A stretch of 29,469 bases of DNA from Candidatus Thorarchaeota archaeon (GTDB lineage: Archaea; Asgardarchaeota; Thorarchaeia; Thorarchaeales; Thorarchaeaceae). The notes below the pieces were generated by a model. The model was not told where the DNA came from. It did not search any database and was given only the letters and a program-made list of their open reading frames with translations. Location of the stretch: NCBI GenBank assembly GCA_016839605.1, contig JAEOTX010000231.1:1-29469 (forward strand). Reading direction: 5' to 3'. Positions 9,624 to 18,175 of this stretch are shown here, piece by piece; the stretch's first letter is position 1; each line of letters starts with the position of its first letter. The position numbers and the translations under genes were made by a program.

Positions 9624-9787
9624 GTTTAGATCGATGGTGACTTGCGCCCAACAAATGATTTGAGATGTCAGGGATTAGTAACGAACACTAGGGTGTTTCC
9701 ACTGCATACATCAATCGTACTTAACTCATCAAGTTTCCATTTGGGTAGTCACTTGCCGTCTGGTAACCCATGCTGATTTTTAGTAAA

Positions 9788-11263
9788 CTATGGGACGATG
9801 GCTCCAGCTGCTATTGTTGCATAGTCAAGGACAAAGCCAGGGAATATGCCCAACAAGATTGTACCAACAACTGCAAGTACAACAGCGACAAGTGGAATCG
9901 TTGGAACGCGAATTGTTGTTCCCTCTGTTGGTTCCATGAAGTAGCAATACCTAAGGATTCTCAAGTAGTAACCGAGTGCGAACACAGAGTTTAGCACGGC
10001 AATTATCGCTAACCACCAAAGTCCGGCATCAACTGCAGCACCAGGAATCAAGAACCACTTGAACCAAAATCCAGCTGTGAACGGCGCACCAGCAAGAGCA
10101 AAGACCATTATTGCCATCAGAAGGGCAGCAATTGGAGCACGAGCGCTGAGTCCTTTCAGATCATCATAGGTGATCTCTTTTCCTATGGAAACAGCTAATG
10201 CCCAAACAAGGATAAATGCTCCAGTCTTGATGAGAGCATGGGCAAATGCGGTAAACATTGCAGCTGCAGCCCCAAATGCGGTTCCTGCGGCAATCCCCAC
10301 AAAGAGCAGACCCATCATCATGATGGATGAGTAGGCCAGCATTCTCATGATGTTTCTCTGAGAAAGCGCCAGGACATTCCCAATTACCATGGATAGTATC
10401 GATATGGTGACAATTACAGGCATCCATTCCATTTGCGCTGCCACGAATCCAACAAGTAGTATCCTGAGCAGAGCACTCACTCCCGTCTTCTTGGTTGCCC
10501 CTGCAAGATAGCCTGTCACGCTCCCATCAGCAGTTGCATATGCGTCAGGCACCCACATCCATCCTGGGAATACACCGACCTTGAATCCAAAGCCTATCAG
10601 GAACAGCACCATCGCGAGTAGCATTGCATAGGCTGATGGTGAAGCAGCACTCCACACTGTCTCAACAAATGCGCCAATAGCTGCGAAGCTTGTGGCACCT
10701 GTAGTACCATAGACGAGCGCAATTCCAAATACGATGAGAGTAGTGGACAATAGTCCCATGACGAAGTACTTGGTTGCTCCATCAATAGCTCCTCTGTGGG
10801 GCCCTAAAGCGACGAGCACGTATGTCGGCGTGCTCATGAGCTCCCAAGCAAGAAACAGTGCAACGAGGTCAGTCGCCATAACGACCCATATTGCACCGGC
10901 GAATGACATCATGAGGAGGAAGTTGTATGTTCCCTTGTTTCCTCCATATGTCGTTGATGAAAGTAAGATGAGAAATGCGACAACCAGAATGATCCAGATG
11001 AAGAAATCGCCAAACGTGTCTCTGACGAATAGGCCTCCAAACGAAGAGCCTGGTGCAATGAGAATCATCTCAAATCCTGCAAGAATAATACCGATGAAGC
11101 TAACTGCCAAGGGGCTCGTCCTCATACCTACTACCAGAGACAGGATTCCGAATGCAATGAGAGTCAACGCTGGAAGCGAAACTAGCCAGTCCGCTGGAAC
11201 AAGGGCGAATATAGGGCTCAAGAGGTCGCTGATTGCGTCTATAATCGAAGAGAATTGAAGCAT
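9788..11263 (-). CDS. nuoN: Complex I-like antiporter subunit N
   Basis: LAWELMSTPTYVL, ATKYFVMG, GFKVGVFP..WVPDAY, RMLAYSSI and AGAPFTAGFWFK. Confidence 0.92.
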   Translation of the reverse strand: MLQFSSIIDAISDLLSPIFALVPADWLVSLPALTLIAFGILSLVVGMRTSPLAVSFIGIILAGFEMILIAPGSSFGGLFVRDTFGDFFIWIILVVAFLILLSSTTYGGNKGTYNFLLMMSFAGAIWVVMATDLVALFLAWELMSTPTYVLVALGPHRGAIDGATKYFVMGLLSTTLIVFGIALVYGTTGATSFAAIGAFVETVWSAASPSAYAMLLAMVLFLIGFGFKVGVFPGWMWVPDAYATADGSVTGYLAGATKKTGVSALLRILLVGFVAAQMEWMPVIVTISILSMVIGNVLALSQRNIMRMLAYSSIMMMGLLFVGIAAGTAFGAAAAMFTAFAHALIKTGAFILVWALAVSIGKEITYDDLKGLSARAPIAALLMAIMVFALAGAPFTAGFWFKWFLIPGAAVDAGLWWLAIIAVLNSVFALGYYLRILRYCYFMEPTEGTTIRVPTIPLVAVVLAVVGTILLGIFPGFVLDYATIAAGAIVP

Positions 11264-12807
11264 TATGGAATCACTCCTAGCATATCGTTGACTATCGGCA
11301 TCACTAGATTCAGCACAAGATCAGGCCAGAGTCCTAAGATGATTACAGGTATCATCATCAGAATTGGTGCAATTAGATCGCTCCAAGGAGCCTCTGTAAC
11401 CTCCTTTTCTGGATCAGGGTCACTGAACACAATCCTGTTCAGTGTCCAGAGTAGATATCCAACCGTGACGAAGATACCGAAAGCAATGAAGCCGGACCAG
11501 ATGTAGATATTGACAGAGCCAAACAGGACAAGCACTTCTGCGATGAATCCGCTCATCCCTGGCAACCCGAAGGCTGCGAAGACTGCAAGGATAAAGACAG
11601 CAGACATCCTCGGGGCCTTCGTCATCAATCCCCTAATGGCGGGAATCTCTCTTGAGCCTGCTGAGTACTTCAGTTGACCTGCAAGAATGAACATGACAGA
11701 TGAGATCATCCCATGGGATACCATCATGAAGACTGCGCCTTGAACTGCAAGGCTAGCTGAGAATAACTGTCCTTCAGTGGCTCCTCCTCCAATGGCAAAT
11801 CCACCGATGGCAACTCCAAGCAGCACCCATGCCATGTGATTGATGGATGTATACGCGACCATTGACTTCACATCTGTCTGACCCATAGCTACAAACGCCG
11901 CATAGATGCACGTGAAGATCGCGAGGATTGCAAATGGGATACTAAGTCGAGCGAAGCCCTGTGGGACCATCCAGAGACCCAGCCTGATGAAGCCATAGCC
12001 GCCCATCTTTAGGAGAATACCAGCGAGTATCACTGAACCCGGAGTGGGTGCCTTCACGTGAGCCCATGGCAGCCAGTTGTGCAATGGGAATACTGGTAGC
12101 TTGACTCCTGCACCTAGGAATACAGCCAGTGCAAAGCCAATCTGAATGTTGATAGCGATTGGTGCAGCCTTGATTGACAGCATATTGAATGTGCCAGGTC
12201 CTAGGAAGAACAACGCCATGAACGAAACCAGCATCACTGCTGAGCCAAGATGTGTGTAGATGAAGAACTTGACAGCCGCATGCTCGCATCCTTCCTCGCC
12301 CCATCTTCCGATGATGAAGAACATCGGGATAAGGACCAGTTCCCAAAAGATGAAGAAGCTGATGAGATCAAGTGACATGAATACTCCAAGTAGTCCTGTC
12401 TGCAGCATCAGGAAGAACATGTAGTACAAGTTCTTTGATTTGTCTATGTGATTCGAGCTAAGAGCCGCGATGAAGACCACGAGGTTTGATAGGAACACCA
12501 TTGCAACGGAAATTCCATCAACTCCAAGGTATATCTGAAGAATTGCACTCCAGCTTCCAAACTGGACAGTACTGAGGGTGAAATACCACTCGTACCACAT
12601 TACACCGGGATTTGGCAGGATAGCGATAATCAGGACTAACGAGAGCAGAAGTTCAACGAAAGTGACTACAAGTGTGAGAGCTCTGGCTCCTCTAGCTCCT
12701 AGGATGTATGCAATAAATGCCGCAACTAATGGTGCGAATAGCATGAGTGGTAGTATGTTTTCCATTGGTAGCAATGCAATGAGGTCTTGGATGATTCCTA
12801 GCTGCAT
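11263..12807 (-). CDS. nuoM: Complex I-like antiporter subunit M (second, canonical copy)
   Basis: GVDGIS, FFIFWELVLIPMFFIIGRWG, KLPVFPLHNWLPWAHVKAPTPGSVILAGILLKMGGYG and GLPGMSGFIAE. Confidence 0.93.
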   Translation of the reverse strand: MQLGIIQDLIALLPMENILPLMLFAPLVAAFIAYILGARGARALTLVVTFVELLLSLVLIIAILPNPGVMWYEWYFTLSTVQFGSWSAILQIYLGVDGISVAMVFLSNLVVFIAALSSNHIDKSKNLYYMFFLMLQTGLLGVFMSLDLISFFIFWELVLIPMFFIIGRWGEEGCEHAAVKFFIYTHLGSAVMLVSFMALFFLGPGTFNMLSIKAAPIAINIQIGFALAVFLGAGVKLPVFPLHNWLPWAHVKAPTPGSVILAGILLKMGGYGFIRLGLWMVPQGFARLSIPFAILAIFTCIYAAFVAMGQTDVKSMVAYTSINHMAWVLLGVAIGGFAIGGGATEGQLFSASLAVQGAVFMMVSHGMISSVMFILAGQLKYSAGSREIPAIRGLMTKAPRMSAVFILAVFAAFGLPGMSGFIAEVLVLFGSVNIYIWSGFIAFGIFVTVGYLLWTLNRIVFSDPDPEKEVTEAPWSDLIAPILMMIPVIILGLWPDLVLNLVMPIVNDMLGVIP

Positions 12808-12808
12808 T

Positions 12809-15070
12809 CTAGAACACCCCCATGGATAGCAGAATGACTATGATCAGAATCCCAATTCCGAACATGATTACTCCCACGTAGTCATTGACTCGGCCAGTCT
12901 GTGCAGACTGACTGGACTCTGAGGCTGCAACGCTGTATGTTGAAACACCCTCAGCGAAGCCATCGATTACATTGTCATCGAACCATCTCAGTTTCGTGGC
13001 AAGACCCTTGCCTGTGTCAGCTGACTTGAAATCGATTCCGTCGATGATCTTGTTATCGACATTGACACGGTATCGATCAGTAGCGTTCAGGAACCCGTTC
13101 AGTATCTTGTAATATAGCTCATTGATGTACCAGCGATGCTTGAGGAAGTTGTGGGCTTTCCTTCTGAAGCCTTTCTCTGGCACCCATGTGTTGGGTGTGT
13201 CTGCACCCTTGATATACATCATATAGCCAGGAATTCCACCCAAGGCGAGTGCACCCAATGTAATGGCAAATGGGATGATGCCAGGATAGGTGATCTTGAC
13301 CTCGATCATATGTGCAAAGTTCTCAGCCCAAGTGTGACTCTCCTCGAGTACTATGTTTTGAACGAACGGGAAGACAAGGAAGGCAATGATTGTGAAAGCT
13401 GCCAGAATATATAGTGGCACCATCATCGCTGGGCCTGGGTCATGAGGATCTGAGTGATGTTGCTCCTCTGTGTGCTCTTCTTGAGTTTCCTCATGCTCTT
13501 CGGAGTGCTCCTCCTCGTGCGTGTCGTGTGACTCGTGATGGTCATGGCTCTGCTTTGAGGGACCGTAGAATGTGATCCCCATGAAACGCAGACTGTAGAA
13601 GATTGTACATGCTGCTGCCAGTATCGCGAAGAAGAATAGCACCAATCCAAGTGGATTAGTCCAATGTGCTGCTAACTCATAGGTGTACTCAATGATGGAG
13701 TCTTTAGACCAGAATCCTGAGAATGGTGGGATTCCAGCCAACGCGAGAACTCCAATCCACATCACTATGAAAGTCTTGCGCATGTGATTCTTGAGACCGC
13801 CCATTTTCGTGATGTATTTCGTATGCAATGCATGTATCACTCCTCCTGATGCAAGGAACAAGAGGGCTTTGAACGCACCATGTGATATCACATGCATTAC
13901 ACTACTCAGGTACGCATCTGTAAAGTGAAGTCCCTCAGCCTGAAGTATTCCACCCACCCCAAGTGAGAGCATCATGTAGCCAAGCTGGCTGAGAGTTGAA
14001 AAGGCCAATATCTGCTTAAGCTCGTTGGACACCATGCCCATAGTAGCTGTCATCAGAGCAGTTATTCCACCAATGATAGCCACGAAGATGAAGAATGAGA
14101 GGGCTGCTTCGAATCCGATAGCCTGAAGTCCACTGATGTGGTCACCTCCATTATGCCCACCACCCGCTGCAGACACCATTGTCACAAGGAATCGTGCAGT
14201 GATGTAGATACCAGCCTTGACCATTGTTGCTGCGTGAATCAATGCAGATACTGAAGTTGGGCCAGCCATTGCTTCAGGTAGCCAGACTTGAAGTGGAGCT
14301 TGACCGGACTTGCCGATAGCGCCCATGAAGATGAGTAGGAATGTTGGCACAAGCATTCCAATGCCAGCCATCGTAGCCCACCAGTGCTGAGCGTCAGCAG
14401 CCATCTCAGTGAATGAGAATGTACCAGTGAAAACGAAGAGTATCAGGATGCCACCCAGCATGAATGCATCGCCGATTCTCGTGACAATAAAGGCCTTAGT
14501 TCCACAGTGCGTGTTGTATTGACCCTCGGTCTCAAACTGGAGTAGTGGGTTTGTGTGATCAATGTCATTCTGTTCAGTTTCCATTGGATTTCTCTTGTCA
14601 TTCCAGAATCCTATCAGACCGTATGAACAGAAACCCATGATCTCCCATCCGATGAATGCAATCAACAGGTTGTTGCTGAGCACGAGAGTGAGCATCCCAC
14701 CTCCAAAGGCGAGCATTAGGATGAAGAATCGATTGCGGTCTCCCTCGTGTGCCATGTACTCTGTTGAATAGACGTAGATTAGGAAACAGAGTGTACTTGC
14801 CAGTATCCCCATGATCACTGAGAGTGGGTCCAGAAGTACTTCGAACTCAAGTCCTAGGACCTCTATCCACATCCAGTGTGTAGTCTGGGTTGGATGTCCA
14901 ATCTCAGGTAGGAGTGACCAGCAGAGAACCATAGAAATTCCCATGAGGATTGAAGGAGTCCAATCGCGCAGTTTTTCGCTGAACATTCCGACAACTGGAA
15001 CGAGCAGTGAGCCTAGCAGAGGAATCACGAGGATGAGCCAATAGGGTAGTCCAAGTAACATGTCAATCAC
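12809..15070 (-). CDS. nuoL: Complex I-like antiporter subunit L, elongated (753 aa)
   Basis: GWEIMGFCSYGLIGFW, KSGQAPLQVWLPEAMAGPTSVSALIHAATMV, STLSQLGYM, FSGFWSKD, and a C-terminal lateral helix ending QTGRVNDY plus a final TM. Confidence 0.95.
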   Translation of the reverse strand: MIDMLLGLPYWLILVIPLLGSLLVPVVGMFSEKLRDWTPSILMGISMVLCWSLLPEIGHPTQTTHWMWIEVLGLEFEVLLDPLSVIMGILASTLCFLIYVYSTEYMAHEGDRNRFFILMLAFGGGMLTLVLSNNLLIAFIGWEIMGFCSYGLIGFWNDKRNPMETEQNDIDHTNPLLQFETEGQYNTHCGTKAFIVTRIGDAFMLGGILILFVFTGTFSFTEMAADAQHWWATMAGIGMLVPTFLLIFMGAIGKSGQAPLQVWLPEAMAGPTSVSALIHAATMVKAGIYITARFLVTMVSAAGGGHNGGDHISGLQAIGFEAALSFFIFVAIIGGITALMTATMGMVSNELKQILAFSTLSQLGYMMLSLGVGGILQAEGLHFTDAYLSSVMHVISHGAFKALLFLASGGVIHALHTKYITKMGGLKNHMRKTFIVMWIGVLALAGIPPFSGFWSKDSIIEYTYELAAHWTNPLGLVLFFFAILAAACTIFYSLRFMGITFYGPSKQSHDHHESHDTHEEEHSEEHEETQEEHTEEQHHSDPHDPGPAMMVPLYILAAFTIIAFLVFPFVQNIVLEESHTWAENFAHMIEVKITYPGIIPFAITLGALALGGIPGYMMYIKGADTPNTWVPEKGFRRKAHNFLKHRWYINELYYKILNGFLNATDRYRVNVDNKIIDGIDFKSADTGKGLATKLRWFDDNVIDGFAEGVSTYSVAASESSQSAQTGRVNDYVGVIMFGIGILIIVILLSMGVF

Positions 15071-15071
15071 C

Positions 15072-16589
15072 TCATGGAAGTAGGGTAGCTATTCCTTCTA
15101 CACCAGGAACGATGACATCAAGTGCCAGACCTGGGAATATTCCAAACAGCACAATGAGCACGCCAAGGATGATCATTGGGTAAGTCATCCAGTTCGAGCT
15201 CTCTCTCACATCCTCTAGTTCTGTGGGATGAGGCCCAAGGAAGACCTTCCATAGATACCTGAGCATGTATCCTGCGCTTACTATAGAGCTTGAAACTGCC
15301 AATATGGACAGGACAAAGAACTCAGGTCGAGCTAGACCTCCTGATCCCATCAGAACGGCATCAAAGCCGCCAAGGAACATCATCCACTCACTAGCGAATC
15401 CAGAGAGGGGTGGACTTCCTGCAATGCTCAAGGCACCAATGGCTGCAGCGAATGCTGTGATGGGCATCTTATTCGAGAGACCGCCCATCTTGTCAACGTC
15501 TCTCAGATGAGTCTGATGAATCACAGCTCCAGCGGTCATAAACAGGAGACCTTTGCTGAAAGCGTGATTGATGAGATGAAACAGACCACCAGATATGCCC
15601 ATCGTAGTGATCATCCCCAATGCAAAGAGGACATAGCCCATCTGCGAAACTGAAGAGTAAGCCAGCAATCGCTTGATATCCTTCTGGACAAGAGCCATGG
15701 CTCCTCCGTAGAACATCGTCACAACTCCAAGTACTCCCATCCAGAACGACAGTGTCTGGGCCGCAGGGCCAAGCGTGATGATTCCAAATCTCACCAGAGC
15801 ATAGGCACCGGTTTCAATCATAGCTCCTGAGAGCAGAACAGAGATTGGTGTTGGCGCTTCCGCGTGCACAGGGGGCAGCCACCAGTGTATGGGGAACACA
15901 GCCATCTTGACAAGGAAGCCCGCTGCGAGCAAGACAAAGATTAGCTGAAGAAGTTGAAGATCAGACCAGATTGCTGGAGCCATCCGTAGGATGGAATATA
16001 GCTCAAAAGTACCTGTAAAGAAGTACAATAGACCGAAACCAATCAATATACAGACTGCGCCAGCTTGTGTGTAGAGCCAGAACTTGATGGCAGTACGTTT
16101 CCTGGTTTCTGGCAATCCCCAGAACAGAATCAGGAAATAGGCCGGAACCAGCATGAGTTCCCAAAAGATGAAGAATTCGATCAAATTAGTCGCCAAGGTC
16201 ACTCCTTGCATTCCCATCAGGAAGAACAAGGTGTTCGCGAAGAAAGTAGGCTTGTTCTCGCTGTGCTCTGTGTAGCCAACAGCATAGACAACTGAGAGGA
16301 AACCAAGCAAGACTACTGCAAAGGTGATCGGGAAGGCTATCTCATCGAGATAGAGTCCAAACTCACCCAGGACAACTGACCAGGTGACTTTCTCTGCAGC
16401 TCGACCGCCCTCAACTAGGACGCGGTAGAAAGGTGGCACCATGAGGAATGCTGCGAACGCTGAGAATCCAACTGCAATCTTTCCTGAAGTCTTTTCGAGT
16501 CGACCTCTAAGTAGGTAGATCAGAAGACCTCCGATGAAGAGGACTAGCAACGATGTGGTCATGAATGGGAACTCGAACGCGGCCTGCAT
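15072..16589 (-). CDS. nuoM: Additional NuoM-like antiporter subunit (M1)
   Basis: FFIFWELMLVPAYFLILFWG, IKFWLYT, KMAVFPIHWWLP.VHAEAPTP, LLAYSSVSQMGY and SGFASE. Start placed at ATG 16589 (TGATG overlap with the nuoI stop, AGGAGGT RBS) rather than 16613. Confidence 0.85.
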   Translation of the reverse strand: MQAAFEFPFMTTSLLVLFIGGLLIYLLRGRLEKTSGKIAVGFSAFAAFLMVPPFYRVLVEGGRAAEKVTWSVVLGEFGLYLDEIAFPITFAVVLLGFLSVVYAVGYTEHSENKPTFFANTLFFLMGMQGVTLATNLIEFFIFWELMLVPAYFLILFWGLPETRKRTAIKFWLYTQAGAVCILIGFGLLYFFTGTFELYSILRMAPAIWSDLQLLQLIFVLLAAGFLVKMAVFPIHWWLPPVHAEAPTPISVLLSGAMIETGAYALVRFGIITLGPAAQTLSFWMGVLGVVTMFYGGAMALVQKDIKRLLAYSSVSQMGYVLFALGMITTMGISGGLFHLINHAFSKGLLFMTAGAVIHQTHLRDVDKMGGLSNKMPITAFAAAIGALSIAGSPPLSGFASEWMMFLGGFDAVLMGSGGLARPEFFVLSILAVSSSIVSAGYMLRYLWKVFLGPHPTELEDVRESSNWMTYPMIILGVLIVLFGIFPGLALDVIVPGVEGIATLLP

Positions 16590-17020
16590 CAACGGAACCT
16601 CCTTCCGCGCCACTCAAGTGGGTCTCTGTCAAGTGTCTCGATCTTATCAGGACCGTAGAGCAGGTCCTCTCTCTCTCCCTCGCTGATGTCAACGACTTTG
16701 GTGTGAAATAGCGCATCAAACCTGCAGGCCTGAGTACACATGCCGCAAAAGATACAGCGTGTGTAGTCGAAGAAGAGAGCCGCATCCTTCTCGTAATGCT
16801 TGTCACTCTTGTCGATACTGATAGCTACATTTGGACAAGCTCGTACACACTGCATGCATGCTGTGCATTTTTCGCGGACATGTATATGCCTTCCACGAGT
16901 CCTCTCCGGATACTCCCGGTCCTCGAAGGGATAGAAGTACGTAAAGGGTCGGGACATCACTTGACGGAATACGTGTCTCAATATCTGGAATATGTCACCT
17001 AGGTTTCTGAAGAATCCCAT
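16589..17020 (-). CDS. nuoI: Complex I-like subunit I (2x[4Fe-4S])
   Basis: TYFYPFE...PERTRGRH, CTACMQCVRACP and CIFCGMCTQAC. Confidence 0.93.
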   Translation of the reverse strand: MGFFRNLGDIFQILRHVFRQVMSRPFTYFYPFEDREYPERTRGRHIHVREKCTACMQCVRACPNVAISIDKSDKHYEKDAALFFDYTRCIFCGMCTQACRFDALFHTKVVDISEGEREDLLYGPDKIETLDRDPLEWRGRRFR

Positions 17021-17026
17021 CTTGCT

Positions 17027-18175
17027 CTACCCTCCTATTCCTAGAATTGCTTGCAGTGCTGGAATGTTGGCGATTCCCAACATGACTAGCACGACGTTCA
17101 GTATTGACAGTGGAAGTAGATACTTCCAGCAGAAGTACACGATCTGGTCCTGCCTGAGTCGATGGAACGATGAAGTCACCACGACAAAGAAGAAGAACAC
17201 TATCAGGAACTTGATGATGAATATCACACTGCCTGGTAAGAAAGCTGGTCCTTGGAATCCACCAAGGAACAACGCAACAATGAGGGCTGAATAGAGAGCC
17301 TGCTCAGCGAACTCAGCAAAATATGTCAGTGTGAAGTAGATACCGCTGAATTCAGTCCTCCAGCCGAAGATGACCTCAGAGTCAGCAACTGGAGCATCGA
17401 ATGGAAAAGTACCAACAGAAGCAATTGCTGCTACAAGGAAGGTCGCTACGTTGATTGGCAGCAAGAAGATGAACCAGATATTCGATTGTGCCTGAGTGAT
17501 TGCCATTACGCTCAGGGAGCCGGCTAACATAGCTGGTCCAATTGTCGAGATGATGAGTGGAATCTCACTTGCAAACTGATTGTTAGCTGCTCGGAATCCG
17601 CCGATGAGTGTGTACTTTGAGCCGCTTATCCACCCTGATAATAATGCGACCACTGGTACAGCGGTTAGGAAAGCGAAGACCAGCACGAGGCTTACTGAAA
17701 GATCAGCAATGAACCAGATTGGATCCCATGGGATGAATGCAAAGGGAATGAGAACCACAAGCAGAAGCATTGAGGGAAGGAACCTGTACATCCAGCGCCT
17801 TGCTTTATCAGGGATAATGGTCTCTTTTGCTACCAGCTTTATCGCATCAGCGAAGAGCTGGAGACCTCCATACTTCCCTAGGTGGAAAGGCCCTCGTCTG
17901 TCTTGAATCCTGCCCCATAGCTTCCTCGTGAACCAAACCGCGAAGATAATCGTCATGAGTATGAACACAAGACCAGGGAATAGGATAGCTCGAATGAGGA
18001 AGAAGAAGTTTGCTACATCGAAGACTGCAGCCCAAATCCACGTGAAGATGCCCCATATCCAGTAAAAGATTCCACTTACAATGCCAAATATCCACTGAAT
18101 GACTCCATAGAGCCATGAGGGAATTCCTTGGAGCCAAGCAAAGAAGTCTATCTGCAGAACGACACCTCCCATCAT
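17027..18175 (-). CDS. nuoH: Complex I-like membrane subunit H
   Basis: RKLWGRIQDRRGP, GGLQLFADAIKLVAKE, SKYTLIGGFR, PFDAPVADSE, EFSG and RLRQDQ..FCWK. Start is uncertain (ATG 18175 or 18172 overlapping the nuoD stop, or CTG 18157 after GGAGGTG). Confidence 0.93.
   Translation of the reverse strand: MMGGVVLQIDFFAWLQGIPSWLYGVIQWIFGIVSGIFYWIWGIFTWIWAAVFDVANFFFLIRAILFPGLVFILMTIIFAVWFTRKLWGRIQDRRGPFHLGKYGGLQLFADAIKLVAKETIIPDKARRWMYRFLPSMLLLVVLIPFAFIPWDPIWFIADLSVSLVLVFAFLTAVPVVALLSGWISGSKYTLIGGFRAANNQFASEIPLIISTIGPAMLAGSLSVMAITQAQSNIWFIFLLPINVATFLVAAIASVGTFPFDAPVADSEVIFGWRTEFSGIYFTLTYFAEFAEQALYSALIVALFLGGFQGPAFLPGSVIFIIKFLIVFFFFVVVTSSFHRLRQDQIVYFCWKYLLPLSILNVVLVMLGIANIPALQAILGIGG

Noticed and set aside
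9660-9735. Eukaryote-like SECIS element after the nuo operon
   Set aside because: The AUGA and GA motifs do not abut the stem properly, and no upstream gene has a credible in-frame UGA.
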